Positions 38,901 to 51,777 of a stretch of DNA of 64,000 nt are shown here, in pieces. Positions within the stretch are counted from its first letter, which is position 1; every line of letters begins with the position of its first letter. The position numbers and the translations under genes were made by a program. A model generated the notes under the pieces. The model saw only the letters and a list, made by a program, of their open reading frames with translations, had not been told where the DNA came from and ran no database searches. The stretch is from the NCBI GenBank assembly GCA_010015805.1, contig ML978131.1:868001-932000 (forward strand), in the 5' to 3' direction. Source of the stretch: Rhizodiscina lignyota (taxonomy: Eukaryota).

Positions 38901-41502
38901 CAGCAGGGCGACGCAGGTAGAGCTCCGGGCTCAGCCACCAATCGTGTATGTAGATGACATCCGTTGCTCTGCTAATTGCCTTTGACACTTGCCACATATA
39001 GTCTCGACCGTCAACCAGCCACCGAGCGAAGACATTTTTCCGGACCGGAGCGAAACTGTTGAAGCGATGACGTTGAGACCAGATAGAGGTCTGCATCATG
39101 AACAAAATAGATTGCTCAAACTGGTTTATCAGTTCCTTGGATCTGCCGAGGAGCTTGACCGTGCGTTCAGTGTTCTGGATGCGGAGTTGATGATGGTATT
39201 GAGGATGTGCAGCTCTTGCTGCAGCATTTTTAGACTGGCGTTTCGCAAGGTCTTGAGGCTGCTCGTCAGGTCTCTTATCGGTCTTCTTTTCGATCGTGAA
39301 TTCCGCGTCTAGCAGAATAACGTCGTAGATGTTCATCTCCTCGGGTGCATTGACACAAACAATGTAGCTGTGCCGTACAAGAAACCACTTCGGCGAGTGT
39401 CGTTCTTTAAACAACTGCGGCTGCCACGATCTTCGGAAGTCCATGCCTTTCCCAGACCTAATCATGAGCAATCCCTCTTTGCCATGATAACCGCCTTCAG
39501 CGCCGAGTCGAATGCCGAGTGCAGAAAGCTCCAAGAACTTGCAGAGACGGTTGCTGTCGGCTCTGAACATGAATGCGGTGACCATCTTCTGTAAGTACTC
39601 CTCAAGCGCTTTTCGCTGCAACTCTGAATAATTTCTATCCCGCTCCTCTTGCGTAAGCCCTGCACTGCTTCCCAATCGTGTAGCGCCAGGTCCGCGTGGG
39701 TTATAAACGCCTGACTTGTGGCGTGCGAATCCAAATGAAGAGCGTCTTCTTCTGTCCGGTGCAGGTCGCTCCGTTCCACTCTGTTCGCCTTCCGCCGTAT
39801 TCTCCGCAGCATTCTCCATAACGGTTTCCTCGTCATCGTCATCGCTAACATCAAAGCCCAATAATCCTCTTGCACCGCGCAGGAAGGGGAAGACCGAGGT
39901 TGGAAAATGCGGCTTCTTGGCGCGCCCAGAGTTTTTGAATCTGAGATATGTTTGGTTGAACTGCTTGGTGCTGTATGCGGCATTCAAGGTGATGAATTCA
40001 CGCAGAGAGCGGTGAACAACCCACTTCATGCGCGTGAGACCGTTTCCATACTCAAGTTCGATCTTGAATATATGATGTCGATCCCCAATCTTTCGATTCT
40101 CCTTGATGCGCACTTTCAGCTGCTCAAGTAGCACTGGGATTCTTCTGTTCCCATGTTCGTCGCGCTGGAACATGCTAGCCAGGAATAACGCCGCGGGAGC
40201 GCCAGCGAGTAACTCGGCCATAAGCTCTGCAGACTTGGCATGATCAATCCTCAACTTCTCTCGTTGCATGAACGTCTTGAGTCCCGACTTCAATTGCTGC
40301 CACTTCTGCACACCGTATGTTGATGACCTGTCTCCACGCTGCCGTAATATTAGCTGCGAGCCTTCTGCGTCACGACCACCTACGAGGCCAGTGATGCGAC
40401 GCAGATTACTTGGCTTCCGCCTGTCGGTGGCATTGCCATCGCCCGCCCGGCGGCCTCCACTATAGCTAAGGCCTCGAGCGCCTGCCATTGTGCGGAATGA
40501 TCGTGCCATCCGATCGCGGCCCTCGTCTTCGGATACGCCCGATCGGTGATGCTCGGGAATCTCGTTCATGGTGGCGCGTCGCATGAAACCAGGTCGGTAT
40601 GTTGTTGATGCTGGGGAAATTGGAGAACTGTCGCGCATGAAGGATGGGAGCTTCATGCTCCTCGGCGTCGTTGGAGCAGTTTGGGTACCGCCTTCCATAC
40701 GTCTGCTTTTCCGTCTCTTCCGGGGCGGTCTCCTGGCACTGTCGCTCGCACCTTCTGTGCCTTCTGCACCGCTCTCTTCAGCATCGGCATCTGCCTCGCT
40801 ATCCTCCATAATGAATCCAGGCTCGCCCCTCTCTGATGCAGGAGTCTGGGCAGTCGAGCTTGCCATACCATCGTGTGCACTTCCAATTGTCCATGCGCTC
40901 ATTGATCTCCCATGCCCAATCGGTGTAGCTAACGCCTTCAACTTCGACATCAATCTTTGCCCAGAGCTTTGTTCTCTCGACGGAGATTCGCCCTCAACAC
41001 CTTCTTTCGCATGGTTCGATGGGATCGTATCAAACGTGGCGGAGCGGGTGAAATGTACGCTTCGACGGCCAGTAGGAGTCGCAGAATCCACTTCGTTGGT
41101 TTGCTTTCTTGACAGTCCGCCGTTGGATGCAGTCACGAGGTCTGTAGGCACGTCCTCCGCTTCCTCTGCGGCACTGGGCGTCGCGTCCTCCGCAAACTCC
41201 TCGCGCTGCAGCAACTCATTTGTTGGACTCTCTCCAGTTGTTCCAGGCGGTGCACTGAAAGGGAATTCATCTTTACGAATCGTTCCATTTGGTGACTGCA
41301 GGGTTACTGAAGGGGCCGCAGTGCCATTTGTCTTGTTCAACTCTTCAGCTTGGCCATCGGCGATGCGGCCCTGACGGAGGGGCGAAGGCGAATGGCCATT
41401 AGCCTTGGACTTTGGAGGGTTCAGCGCGTCGTCTCCTGTCTTGAGCCTGGGAACTCGAGACATAGGAGACACGCTCCTGTCGCTGTCCGCTGGCGACTCC
41501 AT
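35909..41502 (-). CDS. PLD1: Phospholipase D1 (Spo14/PLD1 type; PX-PH-2xHKD)
   Basis: Two HKD motifs (HHEKICVID and YIHAKIMVVDD...GSANINERS), plus PRMPWHD and YIENQFF, with PX/PH-like regions upstream. A probable terminal intron at 35916-35971 gives ...LEIYT*. Confidence 0.95.
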
Positions 41503-44283
41503 GTTACTCTAGTTTACTGCGTTCCTTTTCGGACCACCACGTCGTGAAGGCTGTGTGCGGAATCCTACGCAGATTATATTCCGCACCTCTCGACCCGATG
41601 CTCAAGCCTGTGATGGTAATAACATGGCAGTGGAGGAAAAGTTTCGAAGGATACGGGAGGTGCTCACGAGGGCAGTCGTGACGTGGAAACGCGCCTCAAC
41701 TCGCTGTTGGACGGTGGATTCGCTTCGTTGTGCGTTCGTTGGAAATATCCGTGACGACGTTGGATGTCCTGATGAGTTCAATTGATATGAAGGTCGGTTA
41801 TCCGTATAGAAAACTAGGACGAGCAACACGGAGATGGAGGGATGAAGGACAGGGGGGGTGGAGACGTGTGGCTTGCGTTGGCCCGTGAGCGAATGACATC
41901 GTGCACGTTCTTCGAACCACCACTCTCAGCCCATTTCGTTTCGACGACGTCTTTGCTCACCACACTGAATTGTTCTTGTGATCAGACACATGTGCTCTCG
42001 CCGTGGCTTCTCACAAGAGACACCCTCCGCATGCCAAGCTCACTCAGACGAAGTTCTTCACACGCTCGGCGGCAGTTCCAACTTCAAGTCGGCATTGAAC
42101 GAACGGCTTTGCGGACTCCCTCTATATAGTCGATGTACTTTCTACTCCTCCACAAGTCTTCAGATGAACAATTCCACCTCCTGGCCATGGAATACTGTAC
42201 GTACCAAAACGCGGGGAAGCACATCAATGGCTATCTAAAGCTTGGAAGTTGGGGCAAAGCTGAACAGCGAACTTCTGTTCATAATCGAACTTATCATCCA
42301 CAAGCAACTGAAGTTGCGTCTCTGTCTTAGCAATCCCGACCTTGCATATAATATACCAGCCGATGTAGAAACCCATTCGATCAAATCCAGAGAACTAATC
42401 AATTGGCGGAAGCACTATGTGTGGATCTGAGTATCCTCGAACGAGCACTCGCGCAGCCCTGGCAATCCCCACCTCTTGATCAGAGACACACTGTAAACAC
42501 ACCTCAACATGTGAGATACTACCTTGCTATTGAAGGTTAGCTAGGTAGCTATGTTATTTACATAAGTCATTGCAAACAATTTGTATAGACTCTGGGCACT
42601 ACCAACCTCATCCTCCGCACGCAACAGGGAGCAACCATCCCACTAGGATATTTTCTCTTGCAACTTTGCGGAGAATCTACTATAGATGAACCTCGAAGTA
42701 TTCAACAAGCGACTCCTAAGCCTCAGGTGCCATGTGGTTTCTCGGTGCTTCGAGAACTAACGTTGGGAAGTGTCAATTACTGCCCCACGCTAGAAAGCCT
42801 TCCGGACGAGAGACTAGACAACTCTGGTGGAACCCATACTGAATGTGCACCTCGCTTGCCATTATCGTTTGTTCCAGGTTACGGTGAACCGAGAACGATT
42901 GCATACATCGACTCACATAGGAATCATTGATTTTCTCATAGCAACTGTGGCGTTATCGTGGATAGCAGCAGTGTCCGGATGGCGTTGCAATGTGTGGAGT
43001 GTAATTATAATCGAATGTTCGCTCGAGCAGTCCGCGCACTTATGGCGTAGTAAGTGAGAATTTGACTTCTCGATTTCCGTTGCAATTTTTCGTACTCTGT
43101 CTATCCTCTCCGCCTCCCTTATATACTTACGAATAAATGTCATAATAAAACCACCTGCAGACCAAACACAGAGTCGAACATTCGCCTTCCCTCCTACTGT
43201 CAGGCGAAGCAGGACCTAGCCGATGCCGCACGCACAATTGCTGGAAAGAAGAATCGTGCTCTCCTATTTAACAAGTAGCCCGTGGAGGGGTTGGTGTTTA
43301 CTATAAATGGGTATGTAACGAATGCAATGAGCGCAACCAGGCGAACTACTCCAGGATATACGAGTCACTCCTCCTCGGCGCTTGTAAGCAGGGCATCTTT
43401 GATGCAAAAAAGCATGCAAAGCAAACAAAGCCACCATCAATAGAGTGCATGGTGTACATTAATCTGGTTAGCGACAATGAAGAAGCAGAGCTCAGTCTAA
43501 AACCGTTGGCAAAGCCTACTAGTAGCCTGTACTTTGAAACATTTCCCAAACGAGCTTCCGCATACGAGATCCTTAGTGGCGTAGAATGCCAGCTAGTCAA
43601 TTGTATTACTTGCGTAGCTTGAGACAAACACTCTGTAGGGACGCCGGGCGGCATGAAACACATTCTCTGCACACAAGAGCAAACCAGCCTCTCATTTTGA
43701 GACTTCTATTCCATTGTGATTGCATAGCCAGTCCGCACGGAATGGAAGAATGTCAGCCTCTCAGATTCTCGAACCTGTGGAAGGTGAGGCCAAATCTTTA
43801 AATGGAGCCCGCGCATAATCGAATGCTCGCTCCATCTGCCTGGGCACTTGCGATATGGTATGTGAGAGTGAGGTCGATAGTACGGTAGTACCAATTTGTT
43901 CCAAAATGCTATGCCGTATATATGAAAGATGAACTAATTGCTTGATTTCTGATAGGATATTCATCCTCCGTATCTTCTCTGGCTCATTTTAATGTTCAGT
44001 AATGAACGCTGTCAATTAACGGCCTGTAGCTTGAATCGACAGTAATTACAAAGCATAGAATCTCATCCAGATGTTATACAATCGGCTTGAAGCCATCCAT
44101 TCAGAAATCTCGTAAACAAAATATGGCTATGAGTATGGTATCAATACACTTCCCCACGCATAGATCCACATCCAACATGACCGTTCAAATGCAAGCAAGC
44201 ACCAACTACCAATAATGCACATCATCATCGCCAACTCGTATAGTCAACTCCAACATACCACTCGCCACATCTCAACGCCAACA

Positions 44284-47200
44284 TCACGCACCCCTAAATC
44301 TCCCATCCGCAACGCTCACAAACTTCACCCTTCCCCCATCCGTCAGCTCATCTAAGAACCCCGCTACTGTCCCTCCCATCGCTACATCGCCATTCACCCC
44401 AGCACCACTCCCACCCTCGGAGCTCACACTACTCACGCTCGCAATACTCACCGCGCTTTCCATGCGACTCACCCTCCCCGAGCCGTTCCCCCACGTACTC
44501 CCCTCCAAATTGCGGCACTGACTCACGTCCATGACTCTCAGGGCCGAGCACCCATCCACGACATTCCGAACACCCTGCTTCGTGACCCGCACGCATCCGC
44601 GGACGGAGAGTTCTTGTAGGTCTAAGAGGTGAAGGCCAACGGCGCGTAGGGAGGCGTCGCTAACGGCGGAGCCGCAGAAGGCGAGATTGAGATGCGTGAG
44701 ATTGGGGAGGCCGAGGGCAAGGATCTCGGTTGATGTGTCGGAGAGGGCGCAGCAGAAGGACTGTTTGTCGTATTAGCATATCTATTTTAGAAGCCCAAAT
44801 TTAAGAAAATTAAGAAGAAAACATACCAGATCTAAGACCTTCAACCCCCTGGCAGCACCGACAATCCCCACAATTGCCTGGTCAGTCAAGTACGTGCAGT
44901 CCGCTAAGACCAATCTCTTCAAATTCGGGAACTTCCACACACTCCAGTGCTGGAATCCTGCGTCTGTAATGGTCGTACATCTCGTTAAATCAATACTCTC
45001 CAGTCTCGCTGCGGCATGAGCCGCAATGTGCGCCATGCTCCGATCAGTAATATGCTTGCAATACGACAACGTGAGCGCCTTGAGCGCAGGACACCCAATA
45101 ACTGTGCCTGGTGGGACGGTCTGCTGCACGGGTTGCTGCTGGCCGTTCTGGGCTTGTTGCTGCTCGGCCTGGCCCTGTTGCGCTTGATGCTGCACCATCT
45201 TGCCGTTACGCACATAACGGCCGTTCTGCATGGCCAATTGCATCTGCATCTGCTGCGCTGCTTGCTGTTGCTGTTGCGGGATTTCAGGGACGACCCAGCC
45301 TACTACCCTTGCGAGGAGGTTGTCACCGACCTTGCGGCAGTTGCTAAGGTCGATTTCTTCGAGGGCTTTAGCGCGGTTGACCATTTCAAGGACTGCTTGG
45401 CCGGTGACGTCCCATACGCTCTTCATCCGCCAGACACGTACGTTCTCGCCAACAGCTACTGCAAGTGCGGAAAAGCCTTCGTCTGTGAGGTGGAAGCAGT
45501 TGTTAAGGTCCACAATTTTGGGTCTGCCATTCACGAAAGGACATAGGACGTCCTTTACTATTGAGTCAGTGACGAAGCGATTATATGGCGTGAGGTCGAG
45601 GTTCGTTACGAGGTCGGGCGAGGTATTGATGATGTTGCGCCACGCAGACGAGACGGCGCGAGCTTGCATGAGCTGTGGAATGTCGAGGTGATCGAGGATC
45701 ATGATTAGAAGATTGTCGGGTAGCGGACCTTTGGTAGCATGCGTGGGTATTCGGCGGCCTCTGGGACGTTTCACAAGAGGCACTTTGTCTGACGAACGTG
45801 ATGAGGGACGTGAGATGGGAGCGATGTGGCCGTTGACTTTCGACGGTGAGTCCTGAGGTTTCGGTTCAGTAGTAGGTGAAGCAGCAGAAGGCGAGGAAGG
45901 GGACGGCGGTGCCAGTGAGCCACGCCGGGATCGCGATCGTACATTTTCGAGATCCACGTTGAGATATGGATCAGGATCGTATGGCTCGATTGGAGTCTTA
46001 TCTTCGACCCCTCGGAGCTGTGGCGATGCTTCGGGAGTGCTTCCGGTGAATGTCACCGTCGGTACGCTTTGTCGTCTAGCTCGATCGACGAGCGCGAGCT
46101 CATCGATCGGAGGCGTCCCATCTACCACGTCGGCCATAGAGACATCGTTGTCTCGAGCCGTCTGAAGTCGTTGCCTTGCTACACTCTCGATGTTTGCGCG
46201 CAAGTCAGGTGAGCACTTTGACCACAGCTCGTTTAGCACGTCCTGCGGGATCATCAAACACTCCACAGAGCTGACCGACCGTACAGTAGCTGTTCTTGTG
46301 GGTGCTAACGACAAACTGGTGACCTCGCCAAAATATTGACCAGATCTCAATCTCGCTTTCACGATGACGGGTGGCGGGGTTTTGGCCGATGCGCCATTAA
46401 TGACAGCGTGTACATCTGGTCGCTCATTCACCACCTCGACTTCGCCGCTCAAGATGAAGTAAATATCTCTTCCTGGGGTACCTTCTTTCACAATATTAGT
46501 GAAAGGGGCGTAAGAGCGAGGCTCGGCATTGAGCCCGATGAAGTGCAGAATCTCTTGCGGCAGCTCTGAGAAAAGGGGCAGCTCTTTGAGTAACTGCCGC
46601 ACATTAAGTGCTCCAGTACGAAATAGGCTGGTTGTACCAACAGTCTCTATGATTCCAGGGCTGGGAGACTTCCGCTTCTTCGAGCTGACAACTCCTTCAT
46701 CTCGTACATCACGGTCCGGATCCTTTCCTGCCGAACTCTCCCTTGGTCTTTTGGTGGATTTGGCGGAACCCTTCAAACTATCTCTTCTCTCCTTCTTCTG
46801 CCGCTCCAATATCGCCAGGCGCTCCACAGCTTCCTCTCTTATCGCTCGTTCGACCTCTGGGAACTGTGGCAGCACCTTCTGTAGATCCTCTTTGTTCAGC
46901 CGCACCACCAGACTCTTCAGCTTCGCGATGATGGTCGCGGTACGTGGCATGTCCATCAGGATGCCAATCTCGCCAAAGAATGCGCCGGGTTTGAGCTCAG
47001 CGTAGGTGCTCTCGCCGTCACGAGAGGTGACGCGAACAGCTCCTCGGACCAGCCAATACATCGCCTTCGCGTCATCTCCCTCTGTGAGGATGTAGTCGTG
47101 TGGATTATGCAGTTGGGGCCGCAGATACGCACCGATGGCCGCGAGGAAGTTATCTGGGGCGGAAACGAAGAGAGGGAACGAGCGCAATCGATCGAGCAGG

Positions 47201-47376
47201 TCGAGCGGGAGTCCGCCGACGGTGGAAGCTGTAAGTGGTGACGGTCGCACAGGTCTCGTCGTCATGGTCTCGGAATCGAAGGAGCGTATGAGCGAGATGC
47301 TATCTGGTACGGGGGCCGCAACGGCTCTGTGAGCGTGGGTCATGCCGCCCGCACCGGGCCTCCCCCATCGTCGCAT
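44284..47376 (-). CDS. Tandem cyclic nucleotide-binding + F-box + LRR protein; exons 47376-44827, 44760-44284
   Basis: Two cNMP domains (FFGEIGILMDMPRTATI; YFGEVTSLSLAPTRTATV), an F-box (LPDNLLIMILDHLDIPQLMQARAVSSAW) and Cys-containing LRRs (LDLxxCxxxTD). Intron GTATGT(44826)...CAG(44761) joins LDL|SFCCALSD. Confidence 0.9.
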
Positions 47377-49961
47377 TGCGACAGTGTTCGTGGTTTATTT
47401 GTAACTCTGGCAGTGTGTATGCTCGCAGAAGGTGAGGACAGAGTGGGAGGCGGTCGGTGCCGAAAGGTTGGGAGCAAACGTCGGTGACAGGGTTTGGATT
47501 TTGGTCGCGCAAGCGTGACGGTTGCACGGATGCGAGGACTAGAGTCGTGCGAGCAGCATCGTGGATGCCATGGCGGGGGATAAATTGCGCGTGTGCGATA
47601 ATGATGCGTAGAATGGCCGTGTGCTCTTTGTCTCTTGGGTATTAGGTATGAATGAGGTAGTTCGGTCGGCGCGTGCTCAGCGTGGGCTATGACGAGGAAA
47701 AAGTACGTGTGGGTACAAAGAAAATGGTACGATGATATGGGACGGCTGCCGTTGGTCGAACGCGAGGAGTGTCTTGTCAGCAGCGACGAGCGCGTGTAGG
47801 AGCAGCGGCGATATGATAAAGGGCTACGAGCGAGAGCATTGCAATGGAGTTGGACGGGCGCGGGGGTTCCACAGCGACTTGGATGGAATGGGGTGCTGTG
47901 GTAGCGGTGGGTGAATGACGCCGTGCACGCTAAGCTGGCCAAGACGACGCCAGCAGACGTTCCGAACTTCTACGCCTTCGAGAAGCCTGCCCGAAAGAAG
48001 CCCCCAACTGACGAAGCTCCACAACCGTCGGCTTAAGCGAAATCTGCACGCATGGCCGTCCGCGATCCGCGCACCACTTGAAACGTCCCTCTTCGTGCTT
48101 CCAGCTTCGCCCTCCGTCGTGGGAAGCGTTTCAAATGCCCCTCTCCAATCACCTCGCCATACGCCGCCGTTCTCCTTTCTGGCCTTGCTCGGCCCATGAA
48201 TCAGTCGGCTTCAGCTGAACTGCCCGACCCTGAGCATTCGGCACCGGTGCCCACCCACTCACATGCCCAGATACGTATATGTACACCCAGGCCACGACCA
48301 CTCTCCATTTCGCTTGCACGAGGCTGAGATCTGGGAGGCGTATCTCTGCCTCTCTGAATCTCGCACTTAGGTAAAGACTTGACGCCACTATCCGATGCCT
48401 TACATGCCGGAGAAGCAAACAAGGCGAGTTGACTCAGTGGAACTTCGCTCATGTCGGCCGTTTGTGCATGTGCAAGCCACAGTGCTCTGCATGAATTCTT
48501 CCCACGCAGCCAGTTAATATCGACGTCCAACGTGCTTCGGAGACTTCCTATCACTCGCGCATCTATTCTCAGCATAGCTTCCTCTTTTGGCCTCCACTTT
48601 CCTCCACAGTCTCCACACGTCTAGAAGGGGACCAACTTCTTCTTTCGTACTGAAGCTCGACACTTAAGCTTCGCTCGGACTCAGGGTTCACTGTGGCGGT
48701 TCATCTTGTGATCTGACGTCTTCAGAGCACATCCCACGGCCCGTCTTTACGGCCGTTCGACGACTGCACCGCTCGACACCGAGGCCAAAGGAGAGCGATT
48801 GATATATTCGCCACGAGTTCATTTCTCTACCGTCAGCCACAAATTCTCACTTTGGTCAACCAGTTTCCGCGAGTGGCCGGCCTTGAACAAGAGACGCTGA
48901 AGTGATCCATCTCATCGCCAGTCATCCACTTTGACGCCAACAAGCCTGTCAGATGCTATGCTAAAGCTTATTAGATCTTTCCGACAGTAAGAGAAGTGCA
49001 TTTCCGATGGCATCCAGTTTTGTGCAGTCTGGTAGACTATGCGTCTGGTTCACGTCTGACGGGAGTACAGTCTTCGTTCAGAGGCCTTCGTTTCTGCGCA
49101 TCAAGGAACGCCAAGGCGAAAGGAAGCTTTCTTGGTGGCATTAGATCACAATACAAGGCCAGTTAAGATCAGATCTGCATCGTGAAATCCGATCCCCACC
49201 GTCTAGTCTCGTCCCATGTCTCACCACCTGCGCACCACCACTTCAAGGTTCGGAAACGAGCCGAACCGCGCCAAGAGCCTTACGTCATGTGGCGGGCCAA
49301 ATTGAACCGCGCGAGCGCTCAATGGAACGTGGAGGATGTGATGATCGTGGCCGTGACCGGTGAATCGCATTCTTGGGACTTTGCGACAAGGCCTAGGAAG
49401 CTCCTCACACTCTTGTCTTCCTTCATCTCCCTCCTACACCCTTTCGGCCCTCAAGACAAATAGTTCTCTCGTCGCCATCACGCGTAGGAATGTCTGGTTG
49501 GGATGAAGCAGGCGTGAGTGCTTTTTTGCTTTACCCGTGCCTCCAATCACCGTGCAGCTCTCGCAACGCTCTCCGGGGCCACTCTCCCTTGCCGCAGACG
49601 CTGCAGAATCAGGGAACTGGAGCTACGCAATGCTCTCGTTATCGGCTGCTTTGACGGCTTGACTTCGTGCGAGACCAGCCCCATGTCCTTCCCTCAGATC
49701 CGCCATCACCCTTTGCAATTGACTTGCGTTTCATATCGCCCTTCACACAATTCGGAATAACTCCGCCGCACATCAATCCTAACAGCGCATATTCAGGAGC
49801 TTGCCCTCGAAGGCATCGACCACGCCGTCGATAAGTATTACGACTGGGCGCACGACGGTTTAGGTCAAGGCTATACCAACACGAAGAATCGCATTTGGCA
49901 CAAGAAGCAGAAACACGGTCAGAAGAGCCAAGCGCCAGATTCAAAACCAAGAGCGAAATCA

Positions 49962-50843
49962 ATGGCTTCGGATTCGCGCGGCCAGTATCGGCGCGACCCT
50001 TACGAGAGGGACGACGACTACGATGACCGAGGATATGATCGTGGCTATGATCGGGGAAGTCGGGGAGGAGACAATGGATATGGTCCACCACCGGAGAGAG
50101 GTTACAATTATGGGGATCGTGGTGCAGACGATCCTGACTCGGATGAAGAGCGAGGCTACAGACCAGAGGTACGAGAATCACTTCGCAAACACGCCATTCC
50201 ATTTAGCAATCGAGTATTCAGCATAAGCTAACATGCGTCCTCTTTACAGCGCCCAAACCCCTACGCTCCCCCACAACAACCTCAGCCTCGTGGGTACAAT
50301 CCCAATCGTTATGTCCCACCAGGCTACATCCCTCCTGTCGCCGGTGTTGCAGCAGGGCAAGTAGCCGGCGCACTACCTCCACCACCAGGCATGGGCCCCG
50401 CCCGTCCACAACCACAGTTTCTCCCGCCCCCACAGGCCTATGATGACGGCTACGACTCGTACTCCGAAGAAGACGACCGGCCACCCCGCGGCGCGCGCAA
50501 ATCCAAGTCGACAAACGACATGCGCCGCAAAGACGATGACGACGATGAGGGCGAGGGGAAGAAGCGCCCTAAGCACTCCGACATACTTATCACTGCCGCC
50601 GGAGCGCTTGCCGGTGGACTGTTGGGCTACGAAGTGAGCAATCGCCGCGGAAAGCCCGAGAGCTTTAATATGCTTGCGGGAGCGGTGGTCGGTGCTGTGG
50701 GTGCGCACGAGGCGAATAAGTTCTATGAGGGGCGCAAGGATGGGATTAAGGAGAAGTTTGCCAAGGAGAAGGATAAGTTGACTGGTTCGAAGAGACGGGA
50801 TAAGAGTCGGGACTCGAAGGATCGCTACCGCTATGACTTTTAG
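49962..50843 (+). CDS. Gly/Tyr/Pro-rich protein with a glycine-zipper (2TM-like) segment; exons 49962-50168, 50250-50843
   Basis: RGYD repeats, a Pro/Gln-rich middle and a glycine zipper (AAGALAGGLLG...LAGAVVGAVGAHEA). Intron GTACGA...GCTAAC...CAG at 50169-50249 joins the two ORFs in frame. Confidence 0.75.
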
Positions 50844-50883
50844 GGTGCTGATGGGAACGAATGCATTGGGCTGTATTAAGATT

Positions 50884-51777
50884 TCAGGAATTGACGTTGA
50901 AAATCTTGTCGATTCGCAGTTCGCGCGACCACACAATCGCGCCGGTGCGCTGGTCCCGGAAGGCGACGATTCGGTGCAGCGGGATGAATTCGTCGTCGGT
51001 GCTGTCGGGTTTCCACTTGGCGCACGGGAGTTCTTGGTAGCCTGTGAATCGATCGAGATAGACGACGGCGTATTCCTTGTGCGGCATGTCGGGATCCCAT
51101 TTTATTCGGTTCAAGACGTCTGATGCTGGGCGTAAGGGGGTTTTTTGCGGCGCAGTTTCCTTTGTCGATGCGCAGATTTGCTGTTCAGTTGGTGCGTAGT
51201 ATCGAAAAGTGGCTTCCCATCTATCTGCTCGAATGATGAGAGCCCTTGCAGATTCGCGCTGCGGCCACATCGCGTGATCAACGACCAATCGACCTAGCTC
51301 CGCTGGCTTCACGATCCGGATCTCCAGCTTCGGCTCCACGGGCTCGTCTTTCCATACCCGATGCTTTTTCACCAAATACTCAAACACATCCTCAAACAGG
51401 TCCCCTCTGAACCTTAGATCCGCCTCTCCGTCACTCTCCAATCCGATCAGGAAGCACCCCCGATGCTGGCCAACCGATGCAGATTGCTTAGCCTCCGCTT
51501 CAGAAAATACGAATAAGCCAGGCCACAGGATCGCGGAGGAGTTGTATAGGAACTGCGGGTCATCTCCGAGGCGCGCGAGGAAGCACACTACTTTTTGGGC
51601 AGCGCACATGGCTGTCGCGCGGAGGAAGTGGAGCAGCTCGTGGGGTGCGGGAGGGAGGGTAGAGGCGCAGGAGATGTCGATGCGGATGTATTTTGGGAAG
51701 GCAGAGAGGAAGTTAATTTGTGAGGGGGGTGGGGATGATGCGGTTTGGGGTTGGTTTGCGGGTTTGTCTTTCGCCAT
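50884..51777 (-). CDS. MJ1316 (DUF504, RNA cyclic-end recognition) domain protein with an N-terminal poly(A)-polymerase RBD-like region
   Basis: The C-terminal LRPASDVLNRIKWD..YAVVYLDRF.G...W...IPLHRIVAFR...IVWSRELRID matches the MJ1316 signature. The N-terminal FL..FPKYIRIDI...LWP..F...FLIGL resembles the PAP C-terminal domain. Confidence 0.8.
   Translation of the reverse strand: MAKDKPANQPQTASSPPPSQINFLSAFPKYIRIDISCASTLPPAPHELLHFLRATAMCAAQKVVCFLARLGDDPQFLYNSSAILWPGLFVFSEAEAKQSASVGQHRGCFLIGLESDGEADLRFRGDLFEDVFEYLVKKHRVWKDEPVEPKLEIRIVKPAELGRLVVDHAMWPQRESARALIIRADRWEATFRYYAPTEQQICASTKETAPQKTPLRPASDVLNRIKWDPDMPHKEYAVVYLDRFTGYQELPCAKWKPDSTDDEFIPLHRIVAFRDQRTGAIVWSRELRIDKIFNVNS

Noticed and set aside
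47400..49900. Short ORFs between the F-box gene and the glycine-zipper gene
   Set aside because: Divergent promoter/5' UTR region; none of the ORFs has protein-family features.
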